From assembly GCA_965223345.1 (NCBI GenBank), contig CBDCWG010000012.1, forward strand, positions 2,048,001 to 2,112,000: 64,000 bases of DNA. The letters are read 5' to 3'. The notes under the pieces are model-generated. The model saw only the letters and a program-made list of their open reading frames with translations. It was not told where the DNA came from and searched no databases. The position numbers and the translations under genes are program-made. The first letter of the stretch is position 1; every line of letters starts with the position of its first letter. The DNA comes from Nitrospinales bacterium (GTDB taxonomy: Bacteria > Nitrospinota > Nitrospinia > Nitrospinales > VA-1). Positions 29,312 to 39,400 of the stretch are shown piece by piece.

Positions 29312-30412
29312 TTAGTTCGCCAGCGTGAGCTTCCCGGTTTCCAGCATTTCCAGGCAGGTCTCCGTGACCGACTGAAAGTCCTTGCCTCCCGAGATTTCCA
29401 CGGCGGGGCAGTGTTCGATATGCTTGAGGTAATCCTCCACACCGGGTTCCTGCGTCACCCGGTCGGTTTCCGGCGAATAATACAGCCCCAGCGACTTGAT
29501 GAAAGACTGCAGCAGTTCGGGGCGTTTGCGCAGATCGACGGGCTGGACCTCCGGGGGGCGGTCGGTGCCGGCCCAGTTGAAGACCGCAACCAGATCCAGC
29601 CGGCCTGCAAGCGAAAACCGGCCGGGGCCGAAGCATTCGTCGATGATGGCGTCGTATTTTTCTTCCAGATTCCAGAGCTCATCCGCAGGCAGCTGGGCGT
29701 AGGCCCGTTTCTTTTCCTCGCTCACCAGATTTTTCAGGTGCTCGTTGTGGATGACGGTTCCCGGATTGATTCTCGGGTGCTTGGGAACGCCGCGCATCTG
29801 GATGGCGTCGCCGGTGTTTTTGAGCAGGAGTCGGTCGTTGGAAACGAACGTGGCGCCGCGGCTCATGAAGTGCAGGGACAGGGTGGATTTACCCATGCCC
29901 GAATGACCGGCGATGCACAGGCCCTTGCCTTTCCATTGAATGCCGGCGGCGTGGGCCAGGACGTATCCCTGATCGATGAGCCAGTGCATGTACTGGTTGT
30001 TGATGAAATTGATGACCTGGTTGGAGTAGGTGCGCACCGGCCCCACGGCCAGGTACTCGCCGCTGCCGAACAAAAGGTGCACGCCGGTTTCGCGTTTGCG
30101 GATCAGGCGGCCGTCGGCCAGGTCGGCGTATTCCTCCTTGATCCTCGTCTTGCCCGAATCGGGAAGCCGCTGCGTCAGCTTGAGGTCGAGCTGCGGTTCC
30201 GGGGTTTCCAGCGCCACGAGGGTGATCGTGGGCTGCGATCCCTGAGACGGAAATTCCTTGAAGTAGTTTTTCAGATCGTCGATCAGAGCCAGCGAGTTGC
30301 TGCGCACTGCCACTTCGAATCCGCCGAAGCAGAAATTCTGCCGGTGCGCCGGGTTTTCGCCGTGGGTGAGCTGCGGGCGGATCTGAGCGATATCAAGATT
30401 TTTGTAATTCAT
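29312..30412 (-). CDS. HprK-related kinase B (GAK system)
   Basis: HAAGI..GHSGMGKST P-loop, VSNDRL, GVPKHPRINPGT, LEEKYD. Context with ATP-grasp and amphi-Trp genes. Confidence 0.85.
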   Translation of the reverse strand: MNYKNLDIAQIRPQLTHGENPAHRQNFCFGGFEVAVRSNSLALIDDLKNYFKEFPSQGSQPTITLVALETPEPQLDLKLTQRLPDSGKTRIKEEYADLADGRLIRKRETGVHLLFGSGEYLAVGPVRTYSNQVINFINNQYMHWLIDQGYVLAHAAGIQWKGKGLCIAGHSGMGKSTLSLHFMSRGATFVSNDRLLLKNTGDAIQMRGVPKHPRINPGTVIHNEHLKNLVSEEKKRAYAQLPADELWNLEEKYDAIIDECFGPGRFSLAGRLDLVAVFNWAGTDRPPEVQPVDLRKRPELLQSFIKSLGLYYSPETDRVTQEPGVEDYLKHIEHCPAVEISGGKDFQSVTETCLEMLETGKLTLAN

Positions 30413-31298
30413 GGCCCAGTTTTTTCAGGATGTGATCGGCCACCAGCTCGGCGGCATCGATGTTGTGCGCCTCTTTGAGGCCGCGGAACCCGCCGAAGGC
30501 GGAGACTTCAAACACCATCGGCCCTTCTTCGGTGTCCACCAGATCGACGCAGGTGAAATCCAGATTGAAAAGCGCCTGCGCCTGTTGTGCCAGTTGAATC
30601 CATGCGGGATCGGGTTCGTGCGGTTCGTACCTGCCGCCGGAATGGATGGTGGTGTTCCAGGCGGAATCGGCCGCCACCCGGGAATAGGTGGCGAGGTATT
30701 TGCCGCCGAGAAACACCAGGCCGTAGTCGCGGCCGGGAATCGGCAGGAACTTCTGGATGTAAATCACGGGATTTCCCGTCGCTTGAAACGCTTCGAGCGC
30801 TTCGCGGACGCCCTCACCGCTTTCCAGCACTTTCATGCCCCTCGCCTTGGAGCTGTACAAAGGTTTGAGCACGACTTTGCCGAACCGTTTGACGGTGTGT
30901 TCCGCCCGGTCTATGGATTCGGTGATCACGGTGGGCGGCATCGGAATTCCGCCCTGACGCAGCCGGACGGTGCAGGCCAGCCGGTCGAGCAGCGTCTGGA
31001 TGCTCTGCGGAGGGGAAAAGATCATCACGCCCTGATTCTGTAAAAACCAGAGGATTTCCAGGCGATCCAGCAGATGCGGGTTGTACTGCGATCCCAGCTT
31101 TTTGACAAAGATCGCATCCAGAGTGGAAAGATCCGTTCCCTCCAGAAACACGCCGCCGCTCTTTAGATCAAAACAAACCCGGTCCATCTCGATGAGGATC
31201 GGGTGCGGGGTGCGCTGCTTGAGTGCGTGCATCAGGTTGTCGCAGGACCAGTTGTCCGCAACTCCCACCACTCCGATTTTGGGTGTGTTCTCGGTCAT
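30393..31298 (-). CDS. GAK-system ATP-grasp enzyme (RimK-like)
   Basis: GIPMPPTVIT, VLKPLYSSKARGM, YIQK, WNTTIHSGGRY, VDL..FEVSAFGGF. Confidence 0.87.
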   Translation of the reverse strand: MTENTPKIGVVGVADNWSCDNLMHALKQRTPHPILIEMDRVCFDLKSGGVFLEGTDLSTLDAIFVKKLGSQYNPHLLDRLEILWFLQNQGVMIFSPPQSIQTLLDRLACTVRLRQGGIPMPPTVITESIDRAEHTVKRFGKVVLKPLYSSKARGMKVLESGEGVREALEAFQATGNPVIYIQKFLPIPGRDYGLVFLGGKYLATYSRVAADSAWNTTIHSGGRYEPHEPDPAWIQLAQQAQALFNLDFTCVDLVDTEEGPMVFEVSAFGGFRGLKEAHNIDAAELVADHILKKLGHELQKS

Positions 31299-31300
31299 GA

Positions 31301-32959
31301 TCAGTTGTAGTAAAGAACCGTTTCGGGAAACTTGAAATCGGCGAAGTCCGCGCTTTCGTGATGGACGATTTTTTCCAGCAGGTACACCGCCCGCAGCAGC
31401 ATGGATTCGGCGAAGTCGTCATGAATTTCAAAGCGCGTGGAGGTGAACAGGGAACGCGTCACCCCCAGAGCGAGCCGGGCCTCGAATGTGGGATCCTGAT
31501 TCTTGCGGGCGAAGATTTTGCCGAACTGGAAAAAGTCGGCGATGGTGTGGTTGACCCGCTTGCGGATGGCTTCGTCGAAGATGGGCTGGCGGAAATTGGA
31601 AATCAGAAACACCGAAAGGTCCTGGACGTAATCCTGTTTGCCGGAGCGGTACAGGTCGATGAAGTGGATCTGCTTGGCCTGCCGGTTGTAGATGACGTTG
31701 TCGATGTTGAAATCGCCGTGGATGCGGACCGAGAACGGCGCTTTCAGCTTTTTTTCGATCGCACCCGCTTCATCGAGCAGTTTTTTCAGCGAAGCGGTGC
31801 TCTGGTTGCCGATCTGTTTTTCGAGCAGCTCAAAGCCGGGATGGGCTTTCAGGATGTCCTTGATGCGGGAGTGGATCTGCTTGATGAAATTGGCGGAGGT
31901 TTCTTTTTTGTCCAGCGTCTGGCCCCAGACTTCCAGAAGCGTTTTTTTGGTGGCCGAAAGGGTTTCTTTCAAGCGGTCGGTTTTCGCTGAAAGCAGCAGC
32001 TGCTGGATGGTCTGCCCATCGAGGTATTCGAGGAGCAAAGAAGCCATCTTGCCGCTTTTGGTCAGGCCGTACACCTTGGGCGGCAGGCCGGGTTTGATGG
32101 CCTCCCAGGCCAGGATGCTCTCGCGTTCCTTTTCCAGTTTGTTCGCCCGGCCTTCCTTGAAGACCACGCGCGATTCGGAACCGTTCTGGCTTTTTTCGCG
32201 AATGCGGCGGATGCGGCAGCCGGATTTGGTTTCCCAGAAAGACTCGATGGACAGATCGGTGACCGGGCCTTTCATGTTGCGGGTGGCCATGGTGTCTTCC
32301 AGTTCCTCGAAATCGTGGATCTTCAGCTTTTCGCCCAGGATCGCAAAGATGATGGCCTCGCCGATGTTGAGGATGGCGTCTCCCAGCCGTTCGAGGTAAT
32401 TGATCACGAAGATCATGGTGACAAAATTGCCGGTCTCTTCGCCCTGTTCGAGATCGTGGATGATGCGTCTCAGGTTCTTCTCGAAATGGCTGTCGATGTT
32501 GAATTCGGCGCGGCAGATCTTGAGCGCCAGCTCGATGTCCTGCGCGGTCAGGGCCTTGAGGATCAGCCCCAGCGCTTTCAGGGCTTCGTCGAAAAAGCTT
32601 TTCAACTTGAACCGCCTGGTGAACCTGGGGTCGTCGAGGTAGCCGATCTGGTTGACGATGGAGACCGCGTAATCGGCGACGCGTTCGAGGTTGGTGCCGA
32701 TGACGTTGACGGCGCGGATGAGGTCCAGCGCCTTTTTGTCAACGTTCTGGTTGATCGGGTGGTTGTAGCATTTGTTCTCGATTGCGTTTTTGAGGTTGTC
32801 GATGTAATCGTCGCGCGCATCGATTTTGCTCACCATAGCCTCGATGGGGTTTTCGAACACCTTTTGCGTGTCCTCCACCTGCTTGATGACCTCGATGACC
32901 ATCAGCTTGAGATTGCGGTCGATCCCTTTGCGGGCCAGGACTTTTTCACTGAACTCCAT
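31301..32959 (-). CDS. PhoU-domain / APH-like phosphotransferase fusion
   Basis: Two PhoU repeats (NLERVADYA; YLERLGDAILNI) followed by a kinase fold (VVFKEG, LLEYL, HGDFNIDN, FIDL). Confidence 0.85.
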   Translation of the reverse strand: MEFSEKVLARKGIDRNLKLMVIEVIKQVEDTQKVFENPIEAMVSKIDARDDYIDNLKNAIENKCYNHPINQNVDKKALDLIRAVNVIGTNLERVADYAVSIVNQIGYLDDPRFTRRFKLKSFFDEALKALGLILKALTAQDIELALKICRAEFNIDSHFEKNLRRIIHDLEQGEETGNFVTMIFVINYLERLGDAILNIGEAIIFAILGEKLKIHDFEELEDTMATRNMKGPVTDLSIESFWETKSGCRIRRIREKSQNGSESRVVFKEGRANKLEKERESILAWEAIKPGLPPKVYGLTKSGKMASLLLEYLDGQTIQQLLLSAKTDRLKETLSATKKTLLEVWGQTLDKKETSANFIKQIHSRIKDILKAHPGFELLEKQIGNQSTASLKKLLDEAGAIEKKLKAPFSVRIHGDFNIDNVIYNRQAKQIHFIDLYRSGKQDYVQDLSVFLISNFRQPIFDEAIRKRVNHTIADFFQFGKIFARKNQDPTFEARLALGVTRSLFTSTRFEIHDDFAESMLLRAVYLLEKIVHHESADFADFKFPETVLYYN

Positions 32960-33254
32960 TGGAATCCGAACCTTTGTGACCCGCCTTGATCTCCAGGACC
33001 TCCTTGCCGGAATCGTCCGTCTCTTTCTGTTGATTCCAGCTGATCTTGATCTCCATTTTGACTTTGCCGAGCTTGCGCTTGGCGCGGACGTCGAGCTTCA
33101 ACAGCCCGTTGGGTTCGAAGATCAGCTTTTTGTTGCGGGTGCCGAAAAGCAGGCGCCCGTTCTTGATGCCTTCGCTGATGGCTTCCATGTATTTGACGAT
33201 GGATTCCGGATCCTGCAGAGACTGGTAACTGAATTCGTCGTTGGATGAGGCCAC
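32946..33254 (-). CDS. Amphi-Trp domain protein
   Basis: FSYQSLQD..YMEAISEG..KVKMEIKISW. GTG start with SD GAGG. Confidence 0.8.
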   Translation of the reverse strand: MASSNDEFSYQSLQDPESIVKYMEAISEGIKNGRLLFGTRNKKLIFEPNGLLKLDVRAKRKLGKVKMEIKISWNQQKETDDSGKEVLEIKAGHKGSDSNGVQ

Positions 33255-33267
33255 GGTAGATTATCCC

Positions 33268-34488
33268 TCAGTTTGGGGTGGGGCCGGGTGAACCCAGCCG
33301 CTCCTTGTATTCCTGGATCAGCCGGGAGCGGTTCCAGTTGGCGAGGGAAAGGCTTTTCCGGATCGCCAGGTCGTCCCAGGCTTTTTGATATCCCACCTGA
33401 CGGCGGGCTTTTTCGGTGTTCTGCAGATGCGGCGCCTTGACCTTTTCCGCCATGTGGGTGTCGTCGCCCATGAAAATGAGCAGCGGCCGGTCCTTGTTGC
33501 GGCGGTGCCGGTTGTGGCGGTTGACCACGTTGATGAGAAATTCGGTGTAGTTGCGCGACTGCGGGTTCCACACTTCGTAGCCGTCCACGTCGTACTCCGC
33601 GAGCAGAATGGGCCAGAACTGTTCCGGATGCGGGATGATGATGCCGGCCCCGAGAGCGCGCGCTTCCTCGATGATCTCCTCGGTCTGGTGAAAATACTCG
33701 GGACTGAAATTTCTTTTGACGATCTTTTTCACCTTCTGGATGAACGAGAGGGCCCGGTGGATCAGCCTTTCATCGTAGCGGTCCTGCAGTTTTTCCACGA
33801 AATTGGCCAGCAGCTTGTTTTTGACGTGGTAAACGGGGATCCGGTCCGGGTCCGCGAAAAACAGCTTCTGCACCTTGCGGGCGCAGGACTGAACGAAGTG
33901 GATCAGCTCGTCCTCGGTTCCCAGTTGATCCGCGGCTTCCTGCAGGCGTTCATCGTAGCGGGGCTCGATGATGGAGTCGAGCAGCTCGAACAACTGGCTG
34001 GATCGGTATTTGAGGGTGTGGGTCAGCATCGATTTGAGGGTGTCCGCATGTTCGAGGCGGGAGTTTTCCAGATGCAGCAAAAGCTGCACCTTGCGGTTGA
34101 ATTCCCGCGAGAAGCAATCCACTTCCACACCGGTGTAACAGCCGTCGTAGGACTTCAAAATATTGTGATCGGTGGGGACGATCAGCTCCTTTTTCTTGTT
34201 GGGAAACATGTTTTGCACCCGCTGTTCGATCAGGTCGATGGGCACAAACTCCGGATGCCAGTGCAGGGCGACCACTTCCTCCTGCTGCGGGTACACCTCG
34301 GCCGGCGTGACGATGCTTTCGATCTGCGGTTCGCTGAGATCGACCGAGATCAGTTCGTCGAATGCTTTTTGTTCCCATTCCAGAACCTCCTCGGTGAGGG
34401 GCACCGGGGTGTTGAGCTTGCTGTTTTCGGGCAGGGCCGATTCCAGAGCGCTCGCTCTGGCCGGTTTATGAGAACTTACGTAGGGCAT
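33268..34488 (-). CDS. Divergent PHP-family (metallo-phosphoesterase-like) protein
   Basis: Ordered PHP-like motifs LHWH, GVEVD, IPHP, DGYEVWN, MGDDTH. First gene of the GAK operon. SD GGAG. Confidence 0.6.
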   Translation of the reverse strand: MPYVSSHKPARASALESALPENSKLNTPVPLTEEVLEWEQKAFDELISVDLSEPQIESIVTPAEVYPQQEEVVALHWHPEFVPIDLIEQRVQNMFPNKKKELIVPTDHNILKSYDGCYTGVEVDCFSREFNRKVQLLLHLENSRLEHADTLKSMLTHTLKYRSSQLFELLDSIIEPRYDERLQEAADQLGTEDELIHFVQSCARKVQKLFFADPDRIPVYHVKNKLLANFVEKLQDRYDERLIHRALSFIQKVKKIVKRNFSPEYFHQTEEIIEEARALGAGIIIPHPEQFWPILLAEYDVDGYEVWNPQSRNYTEFLINVVNRHNRHRRNKDRPLLIFMGDDTHMAEKVKAPHLQNTEKARRQVGYQKAWDDLAIRKSLSLANWNRSRLIQEYKERLGSPGPTPN

Positions 34489-34692
34489 GGGGTCTCCTTA
34501 ATGGTGCGGTGGTGATGGATGGCGAACCGCTCCGCTTTGCCAGAATCCGTCGTGTTTGACGGGGAAGGCAGCCTGCGCAAAACGCGTTCGATCAATCATA
34601 TCTCATCAATTGTTAGATGAGGATTAGGATCGAATTAGATTTGGCGGTCGCGATCGCGTCGGGTCACTTCCAATTTACGCTTTCGGTCGTGA

Positions 34693-34866
34693 AATGTTGG
34701 GAAAAAGTTTCAATACAAATCCGGGGAATTCGCGCTGCTCGGTCTGGTGCTGAGCCGGGCTCTGGGAGAAACGAGCATCACGGCTTATCTGCAGGAAAAA
34801 CTCCGGGGTCTCATGAGCCGCGAGCAATGGATCGAGGTGTTCACCGCCGTTTCAGAAAAATTCTGA
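34693..34866 (+). pseudogene. Fragment of a serine hydrolase (class C beta-lactamase-like)
   Basis: Start-less frame NVGKKFQYKSGEFALLGLVLSRALGETSITAYLQEKL.. resembles the F.YxS..LLG.VL..A.G..L..Y..EKL segment of that family. Preceded by an in-frame TGA. Confidence 0.5.
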
Positions 34867-35067
34867 TCTTCGCATCGCAGGACCCCGCCTCAAACAATCG
34901 TTCCTGTCCTGCTCTTCATGCCTGAAAGCGCCCCGGTCAATCCGGGGCATTCGGCTCGAAGGAGCTCCGGATTGTCGTCCGTTACGTGGAAAAGAATCCT
35001 CAAGCGAAAAAGGGTCATCTAAATAAAATCGAATGATCGGGGGGGGATTCAACTCAGAATACGTGCT

Positions 35068-36126
35068 ATGAAATCAGTCCATTGCGTTATTTCAGACCGG
35101 AATGATTCCCATTCCGGCAAAGAAACCGATGAAAATGGAAAACCGGATCCTTCCAGGTATCCTGAAGTTTCGGATACCGGGATTCTGGATGCCTTCTCCA
35201 ATGCCGTCACCCGCGTTGTCGATCGCGTGTCCCCCTCGGTTGCGAGCATCGCAACCGTCGGAAAAAACAGGCCGGAGCGTGGCAATCCCGCGGCCGGCGG
35301 TTCGGGTTCCGGTGTGGTGATCGCTCCGGACGGTTATATTCTGACCAACAGCCATGTGGTCGAAGGCGCTGCAGAATTGAATGTGCAGTTCATCGACGGC
35401 ACCCGTCATTCCGCAACTCTGGTGGGGCAGGATGCCTCGACGGATCTTGCCGTCATCCGTGCGAACGCCAAGGGGTTGCCCTTCTCCGCTTTGGGAGAAT
35501 CCGGGCAATTGAAAGTGGGGCAATTCATCCTCGCCATCGGCAATCCCTTCGGTTATCAGGCCACCGTTTCCACAGGCGTCGTCAGCTCTCTCGGCAGGGC
35601 TCTGCGCAGTCAGGACGGACGGTTGATCGAAAATGTGGTTCAACACACCGCGCCTTTGAATCCCGGCAATTCAGGCGGTCCGCTGGTCAATTCCCGGGGG
35701 CAGGTGGTGGGCATCAACACCGCCATCATAGCCATAGCCCAGGGAATTGGATTTGCCGTCCCCGCTTCCACCGTGCAGTGGGTCGTGCCGCAACTGATGT
35801 CGCAGGGTAAGGTCAAGCGGGGTTACCTGGGAATCGCCGGCACCACACGGCCCATCTCCCGGCGCATGGCGCGGATCATTGATCACGCCAAAGAGCGTGT
35901 TGTGGAAGTGATGTCGGTGGATAAAGACGGTCCGGCCAGCCGCGCCGGGGTCCTGACAGGCGATTTTATCTTCGCCATCGGCGACCACCCCGTTCACAGC
36001 ATGGACGATTTGCATCGGTTCCTCACGGAAAATTCCGCGGCAAAACCGTTTCCCTTGACTCTGCTGAGGCGAACGAAAAAGCGGATTGTGCAAGTGGTCC
36101 CTGAAGAATTCCGTTCATCGCGCTGA
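35068..36126 (+). CDS. HtrA/DegS-like S1C serine protease with one PDZ domain, no signal peptide
   Basis: GSGVV, LTNSHVV, DLAVI, NPGNSGGPL triad motifs and GYLGI PDZ motif. Confidence 0.92.
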   Translation: MKSVHCVISDRNDSHSGKETDENGKPDPSRYPEVSDTGILDAFSNAVTRVVDRVSPSVASIATVGKNRPERGNPAAGGSGSGVVIAPDGYILTNSHVVEGAAELNVQFIDGTRHSATLVGQDASTDLAVIRANAKGLPFSALGESGQLKVGQFILAIGNPFGYQATVSTGVVSSLGRALRSQDGRLIENVVQHTAPLNPGNSGGPLVNSRGQVVGINTAIIAIAQGIGFAVPASTVQWVVPQLMSQGKVKRGYLGIAGTTRPISRRMARIIDHAKERVVEVMSVDKDGPASRAGVLTGDFIFAIGDHPVHSMDDLHRFLTENSAAKPFPLTLLRRTKKRIVQVVPEEFRSSR

Positions 36127-36415
36127 AAGCGATCTGTTTTTGCATGGGGCAGGTGTCGGACACCTCACCGGATTCGGTCTCTTTTTCAGGAAGTTTTATG
36201 GAACCGGGATGCATTCTATCTGCATCCATCGGATGCGACATATACTGGTGTGGGTCTTTCATGAACTTTTCTTTACAACCTGCACTGCAGAAATAAAAAG
36301 TCTCTCCGTGATGCTCGTGGGAAAAATCGGTGGCATGCGAATCGACCTCCATGCCGCATACCGGGTCGGTTGTTTGGGGGGACCCGTCAGGGACTTGCTT
36401 TTTCGGTTTGGGCAT
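36023..36415 (-). pseudogene. YHS-domain ORF, probably the truncated 5' end of a Cu-transporting P-type ATPase
   Basis: DPVCGMEV..YFCSAGCKEKF..DP then degenerate DTCPMQKQI (cf. YTCPMHPQI). The remainder reads antisense into the protease gene. Confidence 0.6.
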
Positions 36416-39400
36416 AGGAAATCTCCTTATCCGGGGCGGCCTCTGGCATTTCGTTTTGCTTCAACCGGTGCTCGAGAACGAACGCGTATATCGCAGGAAT
36501 GACGATCAGGCTCAGTAGCGTCGCGGAAACCATGCCTCCCACCATGGGCGCGGCGATGCGTTTCATGACTTCCGAACCGGTTCCGCTCCCCCACATGATG
36601 GGCAACAGACCCGCAAAAGTAGCCGAAACCGCCATGAGAATGGGACGGATGCGTTCCGAGGTGGCCTTGAATACGACTTCCCTCAAATCGTGGAGATCGC
36701 GGATGCCGCCGTTTTTCATTTTCCTTTTGAATTCATGATCGATGTAGGTCAGAACCAGAACACCGATTTCGGCCGCGAGCCCCGCCAGGGCGATGAAACC
36801 CACGACCACGGCCACGCTCAACTCGTATTGAAGGGAGTAGATGTACCAGATCCCTCCCACCAGAGCGAAGGGCAGGGAGAGCATGACGATCAGGGATTCG
36901 GTGATGTTTTTAAAATTAAAATACAAAAGCAGGAAAATGATCAGCAGGGTGAAGGGCACCACGATTTTCAACCGTGCCTGGGCGCGTTCCATGTATTCGT
37001 ATTGACCGCTCCAGATCAGACTGTAGCCGGGAGGCAATGCAATTTCTTTGGCGATGATTTCCCGGGCGTTTTCTACGTAGGTTCCCACGTCGATGTCTTT
37101 CAGATCGATGTAGATCCAGGCGTTCAGACGCGCGTTTTCGCTCTTGATGGCGGGCGGCCCTTTTTTGATGTCGATCTTGGCCACCTGGGCCATGGGGATG
37201 TGCTCGCCGCGCGGGGTGGGAATCAGCACCCGTTGCAGCTTGTTGATGTCGTCCCGCAGGCCGCGGCTGTAGCGCAGGTTGACCGGATAGCGCTCCAGGC
37301 CTTCGATCGTTGTGGTGATGTTCATGCCGCCGATGGCGGTCTGGATGATGTCCTGAACGTCGCCGATGGTCAGACCGTAGCGGGCGGCTTCTTCCCGGTC
37401 GATGGTGAAATCAAAATAATTTCCTCCCACAACCCGCTCTGAGAACACGCTGAGGGTTCCGGGAATGGTGTTCACGACGGATTCGATCCGCTCTCCTAAA
37501 GCCTGGAGGGTGTTCAGGTCGTCACCGGCGATCTTGATTCCCACTGGCGTCTTGATTCCGGTGGACAGCATGTCGATCCGGGTTTTGATCGGCATGGTCC
37601 AGGCGTTGGTCAGTCCGGGAAACTGGATAGCCGCATTCATCTCATCGACGAGTTTTTTAACAGTCATACCCGGCCTCCATTGCTCTTCCGGTTTGAGCAT
37701 GATGGTGGTTTCGATCATGCTCAGCGGCGCCGGATCGGTAGCGGTTTCGGCGCGGCCGATTTTTCCGAAGACGTGGTGGACTTCCGGAAACTGCCGGATG
37801 ATCTTGTCGGTCTGCTGCAAAAGCTCTTTGGCTTTGGTGATGGATATTCCCGGAAGCGTGGTGGGCATGTACAACAGGTCCCCTTCATTCAAGGGAGGCA
37901 TGAATTCGGTTCCCAGTTTCTTCAGCGGAATCAGGGTCACCAGCACCACCAGGACGGCGATTAAAATGACCCCCGCTTTGATCCTTAACACAAGCCAGAT
38001 GACGGGTTTGTAAAGAGCGGTCAAAATCCAGTTGATGGGGTTTTTTCTCTGGGGCAATATCCGGCCGCGTACGAAGTAACCCATCAACACCGGGATGAGG
38101 GTGATGGAAAGCAAAGCGCCCGCCGCCATCGCGTAGGTTTTGGTGAAGGCGAGAGGAGAAAACAGCCGGCCTTCCTGGGCCTGCAGGGTGAACACGGGAA
38201 GGAATGAAACCGTGATGATCAACAGGCTGAAGAAAATCGGCGGCCCCACTTCGGCGGCGGCTTCATAGATAATCTGCCAGTGATTTTTTGTGCCGCGATG
38301 GTGCTCCAGATGCTTGTGGGCGTTTTCCACCATCACGAGGGCGCCGTCGATCATGGCGCCGATGGCGATGGCGATCCCGCCCAGGGACATGATGTTGGAA
38401 TTCAGACCCTGCTGGTTCATGATGATGAAGGCCATCAATACGCCGATGGGCAGCGTGACGATGGCGGCCAGGCAGGACCGCAGATGCAGCAGGAATACAA
38501 GACAGATGAGGGCGACGATCAGGCATTCCTCGATCAGGGTTTCCTTCAGGGTTTCGATGGCCCGGTGGATGAGGGCCGAGCGGTCGTAAACGGTGCGGAT
38601 CTCCACACCTTCGGGAAGGCCTGCTTTCAAGACTTCCAGCTTGCGTTTGACTCCGTTGATGACTTCAAGAGCGTTTTCGCCGTAACGCATGATGACGATG
38701 CCCGCCGCCACCTCGCCCTCGCCATTGAGTTCCACCAGTCCGCGCCGCAACTCGGGTCCGAGTTTCACATGCGCGACGTCGCGGACACGGATCGGCGTCC
38801 CCTTGCTGTCCACGCCCAAAGGAATTTTTTCAAGGTCCTCGCGGCTCTGGATGTAGCCCAGGCCCCGCACCATGAATTCGGTTTCCGACATCTCCAAAAG
38901 TCTTCCGCCCACATCGTTGTTGCTGCGCTTGATGGCCATGGAAACCCGGTGCAGGGGGATGTCGTAAGCGATGAGCTTGTTGGGGTCGATTTCCACCTGG
39001 TACTGCTTGACATAGCCTCCGATGCTCGCGATTTCCGAAACTCCGGGCACGGTCTGCAACTCGTAGCGCAGATACCAGTCCTGTATGGACCGCAGCTCGG
39101 CGAGGTCGTGCTGTCCGGTGGTGTCCACCAGTGCGTACTCGAACACCCACCCGACGCCGGTGGCGTCCGGGCCCAGCGCGGGGTTGACTCCCCGGGGCAG
39201 CCGGCCGGCGACGAAATTCAACTGTTCGAGGACCCGGCTGCGGGCCCAGTACATGTCGGTTTTGTCCTCGAAGATGATGTAGACAAAGGAAAGTCCGAAA
39301 AAGGAATAGCCCCGCACGACTTTGGCGAAGGGAACCGAAAGCATGGCCGTGGTCAAAGGATAGGTGATCTGGTCCTCGACGATCTGCGGGGCCTGGCCGG

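Noticed and set aside
29312..30412. Calling this gene hprK
   Set aside because: It has only the P-loop resemblance; context and motifs fit HprK-related kinase B of the GAK system.
35035..35060. GGGGGGATTCAACTC as a possible att copy of the tRNA-Glu 3' end
   Set aside because: Similarity to GGGGAATCGAACCCC is too weak and short; no convincing att repeat was found by eye.
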